From Opitutia bacterium (lineage in GTDB: Bacteria; Verrucomicrobiota; Verrucomicrobiia; Opitutales; Opitutaceae), in NCBI GenBank assembly GCA_947478395.1, contig CANJVR010000008.1:32001-96000 (forward strand): a stretch of DNA of 64,000 nucleotides, in the 5' to 3' direction. Below the pieces are notes generated by a model. That model was not told where the DNA came from. It made no database searches and worked only from the letters and a program-made list of their open reading frames with translations. This document shows, in pieces, positions 48,041-60,017 of the stretch. Every line of letters begins with the position of its first letter. The stretch's first letter is position 1. The translations under genes were made by a program, and so were the position numbers.

Positions 48041-48844
48041 CTAATTTCGACGGGCGACCCAGAAACGGCATTCGTCGGAGAAATCGCGCACCGCCGCCGA
48101 CTCCCTGGCGATCTCGCGGCGCATCGCGTCGAAGACGGGAGTCCAGCCGGTGGCGACGAGGTCGGCGAGAATTTCGGCGCGATCGGGCAGGTGCATAAAC
48201 GTACGCCCGGTACCGGCCTCTTCGAAGTAGCGGTCGCCGAATTCGTGGAGACGTGAGTCCTGTTCACCGCGTTCCCAGCGACCAGCTTCCAGCCGCCAGA
48301 GCGCGCGTTCCGTCGGCGAGCCGTCGCGGTCGTGCGTGGTGAATAGAAAGGGCGCGTCCGGGCGACAAACGCGGTGCAACATCCGGAGTGCCGCCCGACG
48401 TTTCGCCCGACGTGGAATCTGCATGAGCCCGTTGAAGAGAAAAAACGCCCCCGCAAACGGCGCCGGCCTCCGTGCTTTGTAGCCTAGTAGGGTACTCGTT
48501 GCAGCCGCGGTCGCGTCGGCGTGGACAAATTTTATCGCGGAGGCGCCGCGATCATTCGCGAGTTGACGGGCCTGATTGAGAAGTTCGCTGGCGAAGTCGA
48601 AGGCGGTGAGCGCGCGATAGCCTTGATCCCACAGGCCGATCGTGGCGCGACCGGCCCCGCATCCGGCTTCGAGCAGCGGCCCGGATTTGTCCGGGAAGAA
48701 GCGCTGGATCAGGGCGAGTTCTGATGCCCACAGCCCTAGAAAATGCGCGGCGCGCGCGTAGTGGACCACGGCGAGCGGGTCGTTGAAGTCGGCGCGAACC
48801 GTAGCGGTAGAAATTTTTCTCGGCACGGACGGAATGGGCCTCAC
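48041..48844 (-). CDS. Class I SAM-dependent methyltransferase
   Basis: LLEAGCGAGR, AFDFA, HADAT, FNGLMQIP. Confidence 0.85.
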   Translation of the reverse strand: MRPIPSVPRKISTATVRADFNDPLAVVHYARAAHFLGLWASELALIQRFFPDKSGPLLEAGCGAGRATIGLWDQGYRALTAFDFASELLNQARQLANDRGASAIKFVHADATAAATSTLLGYKARRPAPFAGAFFLFNGLMQIPRRAKRRAALRMLHRVCRPDAPFLFTTHDRDGSPTERALWRLEAGRWERGEQDSRLHEFGDRYFEEAGTGRTFMHLPDRAEILADLVATGWTPVFDAMRREIARESAAVRDFSDECRFWVARRN

Positions 48845-48873
48845 GCCACGATCGCGACGTGTGGGCTGATCGA

Positions 48874-48951
48874 TGTGGGCGGGGTGCCCTCACCCCGCAG
48901 AATGTCGCTCAACCCGCGGCGTCCAAGCGGGGTGAGGGCCCCCCGCCCATA
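48874..48951. repeat. REPIN-like inverted doublet of GTGG-headed REPs
   Basis: tgtgggcggggtgccctcaccccgc / gcggggtgagggccccccgcccata, 25-bp arms with 2 mismatches. Confidence 0.7.
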
Positions 48952-49108
48952 GCTGTCGGCTACCGCTCCGACGAAAGCGGCGCGTTCGTTTCGGGTTTCA
49001 GAATGACGAGCAGAAAACATTTTTAGACGCCCGAACTTCGACGATGCTTTGCCGCCACTCTCTGAGAGAATTGAACTCGTTGTCTCGTTCGCCCTTCGCC
49101 CGACGAAC

Positions 49109-50347
49109 TCATTTTTTCCGGCGCCAGGCGGCGATGAACATCCCGTTGGCGTTCCAATCCTGCGGCCAGATGAAGACGCGGCTCGCATCCGCGGAGGAGG
49201 CGGGCGCGATGGGTAGCGGATGCGGCTCGAATTCGGGATGCGCGGCGCTGAACGCGTCCGCGACGGCCGTGGTTTCGCTGCGGGTGAGCGTGCACACCGC
49301 GTAGATCAGCCGGCCATTAGGTTTCAGGGAGCCAGCAATATGGTTGAGCAGGGCCAGTTGCGTGGCGGCCAATTCCCGTACGTCGTCGGGTGTCGTACTC
49401 CAGCGGGCGTGCGGGTTCCGCTGCCAGGTGCCGACGCCGCTGCACGGGGCGTCAAGGAGGATGCCGTCGAATTTGGTTTTGGTCGGAAGTCGAGCGGACC
49501 CATCCCAGAGCGCGGTGCGGTAATTGAAAAGTTTCGCGCGGGCCGCCCGGCGTTTGAGCGTGTCGAGCCGCTTGTCGTTGCGATCCGTGGCCCAGATGAG
49601 GCCCTTGTTCATCATCAGGTCGGCGAGATGAAGCGTCTTGCCGCCTTCGCCGGCGCAGGCGTCCCACCAGGTTTCCCCCGGCAGCGGAGCGGCAGCGCGG
49701 CCGACGAGTTGCGAACCAAGGTCCTGAATTTCGAATTCACCGGTTTTGAATTGTTCGGTTTTGAAAAGATCCTGTGTGCCGGTGAAACGGAGAGCGTCGG
49801 GAACGGCGAACGACGCTCCGCCGATTTGCGGGTCCTGAGTTTCGGGTTTCGAGTTTTTGGCTGGCGACGGAGTTGTGCCTGTTCCCTGCCCGGAACCCGG
49901 AACCTTGGACTGGGCGCTGCCGCTCGGCTCGCACGCGAAGAGCGATTTAGCGAGGCCCGCGGCCTTTCCCGGTCGGGCGCGAATCCAAAGCGCCGGATCG
50001 CGTTGGAGCTGGCGCAGGTAATCAGCAGTCAGAGTCATCTCGCTCGCCAGCCAGGCGGGCACGGCGAGGGCAGCCAGGGCCTCGGGCTTGATGGTTTTGG
50101 GGTCGGCGGTGAAACGTTGGTGGAGGACGAGGGCGTGATCGAGCCGCTGCTGCGGCGGAGCTTTGGGATCGAGCCAGGAAAACCAGCGGAAATAAACGAA
50201 GACGGCGTGACTGATCGCGCGGCGTGCCAGCGGCTGGAGGTAGCGATGCGCTTCGAAATAAAAACGCAGGGCGGTGTCGGCGCGCTGGTCGACTGAAATG
50301 GTTTTGAGCACGCTGGCGGCGTGATTGAGCGTGGCTTGGTCGGGCAT
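49109..50347 (-). CDS. RsmB/NOP2-family RNA m5C methyltransferase with repeat-derived insertion
   Basis: EIQDLGSQ, DACAGEGGKT, LDAPCSGVGTWQRNP, LIYAVCT, NGMFIA. Confidence 0.92.
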   Translation of the reverse strand: MPDQATLNHAASVLKTISVDQRADTALRFYFEAHRYLQPLARRAISHAVFVYFRWFSWLDPKAPPQQRLDHALVLHQRFTADPKTIKPEALAALAVPAWLASEMTLTADYLRQLQRDPALWIRARPGKAAGLAKSLFACEPSGSAQSKVPGSGQGTGTTPSPAKNSKPETQDPQIGGASFAVPDALRFTGTQDLFKTEQFKTGEFEIQDLGSQLVGRAAAPLPGETWWDACAGEGGKTLHLADLMMNKGLIWATDRNDKRLDTLKRRAARAKLFNYRTALWDGSARLPTKTKFDGILLDAPCSGVGTWQRNPHARWSTTPDDVRELAATQLALLNHIAGSLKPNGRLIYAVCTLTRSETTAVADAFSAAHPEFEPHPLPIAPASSADASRVFIWPQDWNANGMFIAAWRRKK

Positions 50348-50469
50348 GAAGCGAAAAGCATCGCGACCTCCGCTCGCGCGGCAAACGCGAATCTTCCGCC
50401 CGGGTGCATTTGAGCGTGTGCCCCCTTACATGCCGAGCACGTTTCGCGGATCGCTTTCGCGGTCATCGG

Positions 50470-50609
50470 ACATGTCACTTATTAAGTGACATGTTGGCTT
50501 CGGGTGAACGGGCGAGTGGGGCGGTGAGCCCCCGCCGGTGCCCGTAGGGTTCCACGGCCCGGTTTCACCCGTTCACGTGCAGTGGGGAATGTCACTTAAT
50601 AGGTGACAT
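50470..50609. repeat. Two ATGTCACTTA-N-TARGTGACAT palindromes in a divergent promoter region
   Basis: 50470-50494 perfect 12-bp arms; 50589-50609 one mismatch. Confidence 0.85.
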
Positions 50610-50700
50610 GTGAGTTTGAGGCGGAGGCGGGGAGTGGAGTGGTTCCCGTGGACGTGCTCGTCTTTGACAAAGTGCGTGCAGCTAAAAGAGTACGCGTGAA

Positions 50701-52818
50701 ATGCACGGCGGCGAACAGTCGACTCACGATGGAATTGTCTCCGGCGCCAGACGGGCGCTGGTCGAAGCGCTGGGTTTGGACGATTCCGCCTTCGCCGCGC
50801 GTTTCGTGGCCGAACCGATCGGGCCGCGGGTCCGGGCGGGCGCGGTGCGCGCGAGTCTGGCGCGCTTTGCCGTCGAGGAATTGAGCGCGATGAACGCCGC
50901 CCTGCGCTTTGGCGGCTACAACGAAGCGAATGACGAAGTGACCGTGCATCTGCCGGCGACCATCGAAGCCCGGGGCGATCTGCGCCTGCCCGTGCTATGG
51001 GCGCTGACCTTGAAACTCGAGCCGTTCGTGCACGACATCGTGCAGCGCCGGCCGGGTGCCGTGGCCGCGGATTTACTCGCGCGGGAGCGTCGTGGCGTGG
51101 CGGAAATTTCCCGCCGTTTGCAAACGACGCCGCCCAATTTCGAAGCCTGGCCTCGCCTTGCAGCGGTGGATGTCGCGCGGGCTTTCGATCGCCAGCCGCC
51201 GCTTTGCTCCGATCGCAAGGAACTCTTCCAACGCATCAAACTCGCGTGCAGTTACGCGGCCGAACGCACGGTGCTCGACGAACTCGCCCGGCGAAATCCC
51301 GGTTTCCTCGATTACCTGCAATGTTTTCCCGTCGCGCGCTCAATGCAGCGAAAAGTCGTCGCGTGGCTCGGGCCCACCAATTCCGGCAAGACGCATCAGG
51401 CGGTCATCGCCTTGAGCCGGGCAAAGAGCGGCATGTACCTCGGGCCGCTGCGCTTGCTCGCGTTGGAGCAACGCGACCGGTTGGTGGAATTGGGCTGTCC
51501 GTGTTCGCTGATCACCGGCGAGGAACGTGATGAAACTTCGCCGACCCATTCGTCGCGCACGGTGGAGATGACGGATTTTTCGGAGCAGCGCGAAGTTGTT
51601 GTGCTGGACGAGATGCAACTCGCGTTCGATCGGGACCGGGGCTGGGCGTGGGTGGCGGCGTATTGCGGCGCGGCGGCGGAGACCTTGATCGTGACCGGTC
51701 CGAATTCGGCGGAGTCGGTGATCCGGCGTCTGGCGGAGGTCTGCGGCGATGCGGTGGAGGTAAACTACCTCGCACGGCAAGGCACCCTCGACTACGAAGG
51801 CGTGCTCGACTGGCAACACGTGCCGCGACGTTCTGCGGTGATCGGATTTTCGCGGGCGATGGTACTCGAGCTGAAAGCGATGTTCGAGGCGATGGGGCTG
51901 CGGGTATCGGTGATTTACGGCGGACTTTCGCCGGAGGTGCGTCGCAGCGAGGCGCGACGTTTTCGCCAGGGCGAGACCGACATCGTGTGCGCGACGGATG
52001 CGATCGGTCTCGGTCTGAATCTCCCTCTGGACCGGGTGATTTTCTACGAGGTGGATAAATACGACGGCGAGGTGCACCGGGCGCTGACTCCCGGCGAACT
52101 CATGCAGATCGCCGGGCGCGCGGGGCGCGGTCCGGGCGCGGCGGGATTGGTCGCGGGATTCTCGATCCGCGATGGCCGCCGGGTCGCCAGCGCCCTCGCC
52201 CAACTACAACGGACGCCCGCGCTCGACTTGCTGCCGGCGGCGCCGACCGCGATGCACATTCGGGCAATCGCGGATCACTTGGGCGTCGAGCGCCTCACGG
52301 CGATCCTTGAGTTTTTTCGCACCCGGCTCGCCTTTCCCGGCGGCACGTTTTTCCCGGAGGTGCGGGAAAATGTTTTCGAGGCGGCGGGATTGGTCGATAG
52401 CACCGCGCCGAGTTTGCCGGTGGAAAAGCGCTATGCACTGGCGTGTGCGCCCGTGGATTTGGAAGACCACTTTTTCCGTAGTCCGTTCACGGATTGGCTG
52501 GAGCTCCTCGACGCGGGAAAGAAGGTCGGCTTTCCGCGTCGGCTGGAGGCGGACGACGGGCTTGCGGGCGTGGAGCAGACGCTGAAGTTGATTACGGTTT
52601 ATCGCTGGCTCGCGTTAAAATTTCCCGTGGCGTTCAACGACCTCGAGTATGTCGCGGAACTGCGTCACGAGGCGACCGAGCGGGCGCAGATGATTTTGCG
52701 GAGCAACTGGGCGAAGCACGGGTTGTCGCGCAAGGAGTGCGCGCGGTGCAGTCGCGCCCTCCTGCCGAGTTCGCCTTACCGCATGTGCCGCGAATGCAAC
52801 GCGGACGGTTTTACGTGA
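50701..52818 (+). CDS. Suv3-like SF2 helicase with C-terminal C4 zinc ribbon
   Basis: GPTNSGKT, GPLRLLALE, ITGEER, TVEM, DEMQ, RGWAW, ATDAIGLGLNL, QIAGRAGR; CARC-x11-CREC at the C-terminus. Confidence 0.92.
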   Translation: MHGGEQSTHDGIVSGARRALVEALGLDDSAFAARFVAEPIGPRVRAGAVRASLARFAVEELSAMNAALRFGGYNEANDEVTVHLPATIEARGDLRLPVLWALTLKLEPFVHDIVQRRPGAVAADLLARERRGVAEISRRLQTTPPNFEAWPRLAAVDVARAFDRQPPLCSDRKELFQRIKLACSYAAERTVLDELARRNPGFLDYLQCFPVARSMQRKVVAWLGPTNSGKTHQAVIALSRAKSGMYLGPLRLLALEQRDRLVELGCPCSLITGEERDETSPTHSSRTVEMTDFSEQREVVVLDEMQLAFDRDRGWAWVAAYCGAAAETLIVTGPNSAESVIRRLAEVCGDAVEVNYLARQGTLDYEGVLDWQHVPRRSAVIGFSRAMVLELKAMFEAMGLRVSVIYGGLSPEVRRSEARRFRQGETDIVCATDAIGLGLNLPLDRVIFYEVDKYDGEVHRALTPGELMQIAGRAGRGPGAAGLVAGFSIRDGRRVASALAQLQRTPALDLLPAAPTAMHIRAIADHLGVERLTAILEFFRTRLAFPGGTFFPEVRENVFEAAGLVDSTAPSLPVEKRYALACAPVDLEDHFFRSPFTDWLELLDAGKKVGFPRRLEADDGLAGVEQTLKLITVYRWLALKFPVAFNDLEYVAELRHEATERAQMILRSNWAKHGLSRKECARCSRALLPSSPYRMCRECNADGFT

Positions 52819-52844
52819 GGGGCGGAGCGCTGCCGACGTCGGAT

Positions 52845-52965
52845 CTAGAGCGCTTAAGTTTTCCCGGGGCCGTATTGCGTACCGGCCGGCGGCTCTGCCC
52901 GCCGGGTTTGGGCTCCTGGTTTCGGCAGACAGGGACGCCGGCCGCTACGTTGATGGTGGCTACGC
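52845..52965 (+). mobile_element. MITE-like element, copy D (degenerate)
   Basis: ctagagcgcttaagttttcccggggccgtatt ... cggcagacagggacgccggccgctacg. Confidence 0.6.
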
Positions 52966-52985
52966 CGCCGTACCTGCGAATCGGA

Positions 52986-53384
52986 TCACTTCTTCTCCAC
53001 CACGCGCTTGGCGACGATATCGTATTCGGCGAACTCGCCGACCTTACGGTGCAGCTTGATCTCGTCGCCGACGATCTTGCCTTTGTATTCCACGGCAATG
53101 TCCATGTCCTGAATTTTTAACGTCTCGGTGAACGACACTTCGTCCTTCACGAGTTTGCCGTTCTTGATCGCGGATACGGATTTCTGACCATCGCGTTCGC
53201 TCGTGGCTTGGCCGGTGACTTTTTCGCCATCGGCTTTGAATTCAAAAACGTACTTTTGCTGACCGACCTGACTTTCGAATTCGGCGTTCCATTTGCCGTT
53301 GATTCCGGCGTCGGCCGCGCGCGCGACGAGACCGAGGGCCAGCGAGAGAAGGACGGTGGAGAGCAATTTGAGGGAGGCTTTCAT
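52986..53384 (-). CDS. Small secreted beta-rich hypothetical protein
   Basis: Signal peptide, INGKWNAEFESQVGQQKYVFEFKADGEKVTG; strong codon bias. Confidence 0.85.
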   Translation of the reverse strand: MKASLKLLSTVLLSLALGLVARAADAGINGKWNAEFESQVGQQKYVFEFKADGEKVTGQATSERDGQKSVSAIKNGKLVKDEVSFTETLKIQDMDIAVEYKGKIVGDEIKLHRKVGEFAEYDIVAKRVVEKK

Positions 53385-53638
53385 GGCGGGATTGGTTGGG
53401 GGAGGGTAAACGACGGCAAAACGGCAACCCGTCGGGCGGCCGAAGGCGAGCCGATATCTGGTGGGGGAGGGCAGGTGCGGCGCGTTAGCCTTAACGCGCC
53501 CGATCAACGCGGCATTTTTGGTGAGCCCGGGTGGCGGCGGCGGATTTCGGATAATCCGTCCGGCCTTCGCGTCGTGCTTGGCGATTGCCTCTTGCCACGC
53601 CCACGCGCGCACCGGCATTTTCGGATTTCGTCTCGCCC

Positions 53639-54922
53639 GTGGAAACCTACCCCGATCCTGTTGTGCGTTCCGAACCCACGCGCGTGCGCCATGGCGTCGT
53701 CGCGCTGATGGTTTCGCTGGCGATGGTCACGTACCTCGACCGCGCGTGCATCGGAACTTTGGCGCCGCAGATCATGGCTGATCTCAAGCTGAGCAAAGAG
53801 CAGATGAGCTGGGTCTATAGTGCCTTTGCGCTGGCGTACGCGATTTTCGAAATCCCGACGGCGTGGTGGGCCGACCGGCTGGGTACGCGGCGCGTGCTTG
53901 CGCGCATCGTGCTGTGGTGGTCGGCGTTCACGATGGCGACTGCGGCGGCGGGTGGATACGCGTCGCTGCTGGTGACGCGGTTTTTGTTCGGGGCGGGCGA
54001 GGCGGGTGCCTGGCCATGCGTGGCGCGCACGTTTTCGCGGTGGATACCGCTGGCGCAACGCGGACGCGTGCAGGGAATTTTTTTCGGCGGGGCGCATTTC
54101 GCGGCGGGCCTGACGCCCATGATCGCCCTGGCCTTGAGCGGTATGTTCGGCTGGCGCGTGGTGTTTATTGCGTTTGGCTGCGTCGGCGTGGTGTGGGCGC
54201 TCGTGTGGCACCGGCTGTTTCGGGATGATCCGTCGTTGCATCCCGGGGTAAACGCAGCGGAGGCGGCTCTGATCGCGGCGGGTCGTACGACCGGCGAAGC
54301 GGCGCACGAAGGCTGGCCGTACTGGCGGCGGCTGCTTGGACATCGCAACACCCTCCCGCTTTGCCTCGGGTATATTCCCAATAGCTGCGCATTTTATTTC
54401 TGTATCACCTGGCTGCCGACTTATCTGAAGGAGAAACACGGCTTCGCGTCGCTCTCGCTCGGGTTTTTCACCGGGCTGCCGTTGATCGTCGCGGTCGCGG
54501 GCGATTTGCTCGGCGGGACGGCGACGGATTGGGCTGCGCGGCGTTTTGGGCTGCGCTTCGGGCGGGCGGGGATGGCGGGGCTGGGCAATTTGTTCGCCGG
54601 GCTCGCGATGATCGCGGCGACGTTCGCGCATAATCCTTACGTCGCCATCGGGCTCATCTCGCTCTCCGTCGGTGCGACGATGTTCACGCTCGGTGCGACG
54701 TGGGGCACGTGTCTCGATATCGGCGGCCGCCATGTGGGTGTGGTGAGTGCGGCGATGAACACGGCCGGGCAGGTGGGCGGGTTTGTTTCCCCGCTGATTG
54801 TGACGTGGCTTTTGCGGGAGTACGGCGATTGGAACGCGCCGGTGCTCGCGATCGGCGGATTGTTTATCGTGGGCGCGCTGTGCTGGTGTTTTATTGATCC
54901 ACGCGAACGGGTGTTTGAATGA
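53639..54922 (+). CDS. MFS transporter, ACS/sugar-acid family
   Basis: [15 protein letters not shown]...[22 protein letters not shown]; start uncertain. Confidence 0.9.
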   Translation: METYPDPVVRSEPTRVRHGVVALMVSLAMVTYLDRACIGTLAPQIMADLKLSKEQMSWVYSAFALAYAIFEIPTAWWADRLGTRRVLARIVLWWSAFTMATAAAGGYASLLVTRFLFGAGEAGAWPCVARTFSRWIPLAQRGRVQGIFFGGAHFAAGLTPMIALALSGMFGWRVVFIAFGCVGVVWALVWHRLFRDDPSLHPGVNAAEAALIAAGRTTGEAAHEGWPYWRRLLGHRNTLPLCLGYIPNSCAFYFCITWLPTYLKEKHGFASLSLGFFTGLPLIVAVAGDLLGGTATDWAARRFGLRFGRAGMAGLGNLFAGLAMIAATFAHNPYVAIGLISLSVGATMFTLGATWGTCLDIGGRHVGVVSAAMNTAGQVGGFVSPLIVTWLLREYGDWNAPVLAIGGLFIVGALCWCFIDPRERVFE

Positions 54923-54925
54923 GCG

Positions 54926-55039
54926 AGAGCGGTTTAACCAAAAGCGTAGCCGGCTAGCGACGTAGCGGCAGGCGCCCCTGCCAGACGCAACGAACACGCC
55001 GGCCACGACAAAATACGGCCACGGAAAAACCTAAACCGC
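54926..55039 (-). mobile_element. MITE-like element, copy E (both termini visible)
   Basis: agagcggtttaaccaaaagcgtagc...gtagcggcaggcgcccctgcc...cggccacggaaaaacctaaaccgc. Confidence 0.7.
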
Positions 55040-55136
55040 GGTAAAACTTCCTGAGTTCGGAGTCTCGGGAATCAGATTAGGAACGCGGTGACAGAAATTC
55101 CTTTCCGTTTTTGTGCGCGGAGATTGTATTGGGACT

Positions 55137-55622
55137 ATGGCGCGCCCCACTCCTGCCCCGATTTCACCAGACGAACTCGTTGCGCTCGCGATGGCCGTCA
55201 TGAAGTCCGCGAAATTCCCTGTGCTGGCGACGATCGATGGCGACCAGCCGCGTGCGCGTCCGGTGTCACCCGTGCGGACCGACGGATTTGTGGTCTACGT
55301 CGCGAATCTCCGCATGTATCACAAGACAGCGGAAATCGCGGCCAACGCCCGCGTCGAGCTCTGTTACCTCGACGATAAACACGACCAAGTGCGCATTACG
55401 GGCGTGGCCGCGGTGCTCACTGATCGCGCGATTTTGCAGTCGATCTGGGATGGGAATCCGCTCCTGCGGCAGTATCTCGGGACGATCGAGAATCCCGCTC
55501 TGATTGTGTACCGGATCGAGCCGGTGCGGGTGCGCTACATGAAAGAATGGGCGCTGGAATATCACGAAGTGCCGGTGGTGGCTCGGGTCGGTGGAGCAGC
55601 GTTGCCGGCGAATGGGAGCTGA
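55137..55622 (+). CDS. Pyridoxamine 5'-phosphate oxidase-like FMN-binding protein
   Basis: LATIDGDQPRARPV, KTAEIAANARVELCY, QVRITG. Confidence 0.85.
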   Translation: MARPTPAPISPDELVALAMAVMKSAKFPVLATIDGDQPRARPVSPVRTDGFVVYVANLRMYHKTAEIAANARVELCYLDDKHDQVRITGVAAVLTDRAILQSIWDGNPLLRQYLGTIENPALIVYRIEPVRVRYMKEWALEYHEVPVVARVGGAALPANGS

Positions 55623-55629
55623 TCCGCCC

Positions 55630-56661
55630 ATGAAGCCTTTTCGCGCCCTTTTTATTTTTATCGCGGGTGGAGTTTTGGCTTCGGCCCAAGGCCGGTCATC
55701 GGCGATCACTCCGGTGGCGAGCGCCGTCCCGGAGACGCATCACTCCAATTTTGTTTTTTCGCTGCTGCCAAAATCATTTCAAAAAAAGCCCCGCCTCGAG
55801 TTCAACGTCATCACGGAGATGACCCCCGAGGGGCGCAAAGTGGCTCCGCCGTCGCCCGGGCAGCCGATCTATTATGTGGCGCAGGCCGGAAAATTTATTC
55901 GGACCGGTTCGGCGCTGACGGATAACGAGCATGCTCCACCTCGCGCCGATCTGGAGCAGGCGATGCAACGCGCGCTGGCCGCGAATGGTTTTGTGGTGGG
56001 CGAACTGCCGGCGCACCGGCCGGGCTTGGTGGTCGTTTTCAATTATGGATCGCACAGCATGGATCCGCCGTTGCCGCCGGAACTCGCGGACGAAGTGGTG
56101 ACGCCGCCGCAAACCGCTGAGGAATTGCTGCCGATCATCGCGCACGATGTGAACTTGCAGGCGGATTTGATCGAGCGGGCGGCGTTGATCGGCGGAAACG
56201 CCTTCGCGCTGCGCTTAAAGAGGGCTCTGATTGAAGAGGTGGCGAACATGACGACCAACTACGACATGCAGCCCAATGGCCAGCTGCCGGTGAGCCCGAA
56301 TCCGGCGAGTCCTTTCCAGCTTTTTTTGTCGGGCAAGGACAGCGACCTGGTTGGGCACTTGGTGGAGGATGCCTTTCACAGCTGCTATTTTGTCGTGGCG
56401 TCGGCCTACGATTACGACGCGATGAGCCACGGGCAGAAGCGTCTGCTTTGGCGCACGAAAATGACGGTCGACGCGTCCGGAGTTAACATGACTGAGACGC
56501 TCGCGCCGTTGATCGCGAGTGCGGGGCCGTACTTTGGCCGGGATATGGCGGAAGCGTCGATCGTGGAGAAACGCATTTCCCGCGAAGGCAAAGTCGAAAT
56601 CGGTACCGCGACGGTGGTTGAGGACAAGCGGTCAGAGATCCCGCCGCCTGTGAAACCCTGA
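55630..56661 (+). CDS. Secreted hypothetical protein
   Basis: Signal peptide, YFVVASAYDY, LLWRTKMTV, GPYFG, GKVEIG; no function assignable. Confidence 0.8.
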   Translation: MKPFRALFIFIAGGVLASAQGRSSAITPVASAVPETHHSNFVFSLLPKSFQKKPRLEFNVITEMTPEGRKVAPPSPGQPIYYVAQAGKFIRTGSALTDNEHAPPRADLEQAMQRALAANGFVVGELPAHRPGLVVVFNYGSHSMDPPLPPELADEVVTPPQTAEELLPIIAHDVNLQADLIERAALIGGNAFALRLKRALIEEVANMTTNYDMQPNGQLPVSPNPASPFQLFLSGKDSDLVGHLVEDAFHSCYFVVASAYDYDAMSHGQKRLLWRTKMTVDASGVNMTETLAPLIASAGPYFGRDMAEASIVEKRISREGKVEIGTATVVEDKRSEIPPPVKP

Positions 56662-57046
56662 TGGGGAGCTAAAAAAGCCGTGCCCGTTATGCCGAATGTT
56701 GGGTTCGATCTCGCTTGCTCGCTGAGGCGAGTCGCAGCGGAGGGTTCGGCCTCAGCTAGTCGGTAACGACCCGCTTAAGAGTCCGTGGCGGCTTGGTTTC
56801 GCGTCTCGTCGAAGTCGGCGACTTTAAAATCAAACAGCTGCGCGCGTACGCGCCGAAGGACCTTGGCGCGAACATCCCGGAGTGGGTGGGGGCGCGGGGT
56901 GCAAAAGATATTTTTATCGTTTAGGGACGCGGCCGATCCGTTTGGGTGAAGCGGGAAATTCCCAGAATCCCGCCGATGAGGGTTAAGGATGGACGTGGCC
57001 TAAAGCAGTCGCCGCCGCAGTCGCGGTTGAAAAACGGCGTGGAATA

Positions 57047-59359
<2,313 letters not shown>

Positions 59360-59447
59360 CTACTCTGATTTCGGCCCCATCGCCGCGCTGTCCTGAAAAA
59401 GATGGCACATTGCCGCTTTTTTGAAGGTCGGAATCGATTCCCATTCC

Positions 59448-59987
59448 ATGACCATGAAAACGCATCTCAACCTCGTTTTGGTGTTCGGACCGTTGTTCGT
59501 GATTTCGAGCGCCTCCGCGCAAAACACGGTGTCCGCCGAAGTTCCGGCTCCGGCTCTCGTTGCGACCGCTCCTGCGCTCGTTCCCAGCCAAGTGATTTAT
59601 TCGCCTCGTTTACCGACTCCCGTGGAATTGACCAACGCGGCGGCGGCTCAGGGTGTGGCCATCAATCGCATCGAGCAAACAGCCACACAAGTGACGGTGG
59701 CTTACAAGTTCAGCGACGGGCAGACCAAGACCGTCGCGTACCTTTTGCTGCCATCGCCCGGCGCGGCTCCGGCGCCGGTTCCGGTGGTCGTTCCGGCGAG
59801 CACGCCCGCCACGACTACGACCGTCTACTATGATTCCTCTCCGCGGGTCATTTACTACGAGCCGTCCTATTATCCTTATTCCTATGCGCGCGATTGGTAT
59901 CCGCCCGTATCGCTTAGCTTTGGTTTGGGCTTCGGCTTTCACGGTGGCGGCGGATATTACCGCGGCGGATTTCACGGACGCCGGTAG
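59448..59987 (+). CDS. Secreted Pro/Tyr/Gly-rich hypothetical protein
   Basis: Signal peptide, PRLPTPVELTNAAAAQG, YYPY..WYPPVSLSFGLGFG tail. Confidence 0.75.
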   Translation: MTMKTHLNLVLVFGPLFVISSASAQNTVSAEVPAPALVATAPALVPSQVIYSPRLPTPVELTNAAAAQGVAINRIEQTATQVTVAYKFSDGQTKTVAYLLLPSPGAAPAPVPVVVPASTPATTTTVYYDSSPRVIYYEPSYYPYSYARDWYPPVSLSFGLGFGFHGGGGYYRGGFHGRR

Positions 59988-60017
59988 GTCGACCCGCAAA
60001 AATTAAAATCGGAGATC

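Noticed and set aside
556..55006. Long opposite-strand or alternate-frame ORFs (556-1416, 11104-12393, 15205-16551, 38808-40580, 42168-43364, 53504-55006 and others)
   Set aside because: They shadow well-supported genes, lack motifs and are expected in high-GC DNA.
21573..55039. Dispersed palindromic repeats as a CRISPR array
   Set aside because: No regularly spaced direct repeats with unique spacers, and no cas genes.
56662..57046. 385-bp gap with a protein-like minus-strand frame (LRDVRAKVLRRVRAQLFDFKVADF) or a possible ncRNA
   Set aside because: No ATG/GTG start in that frame and no recognisable RNA family or strong structure.
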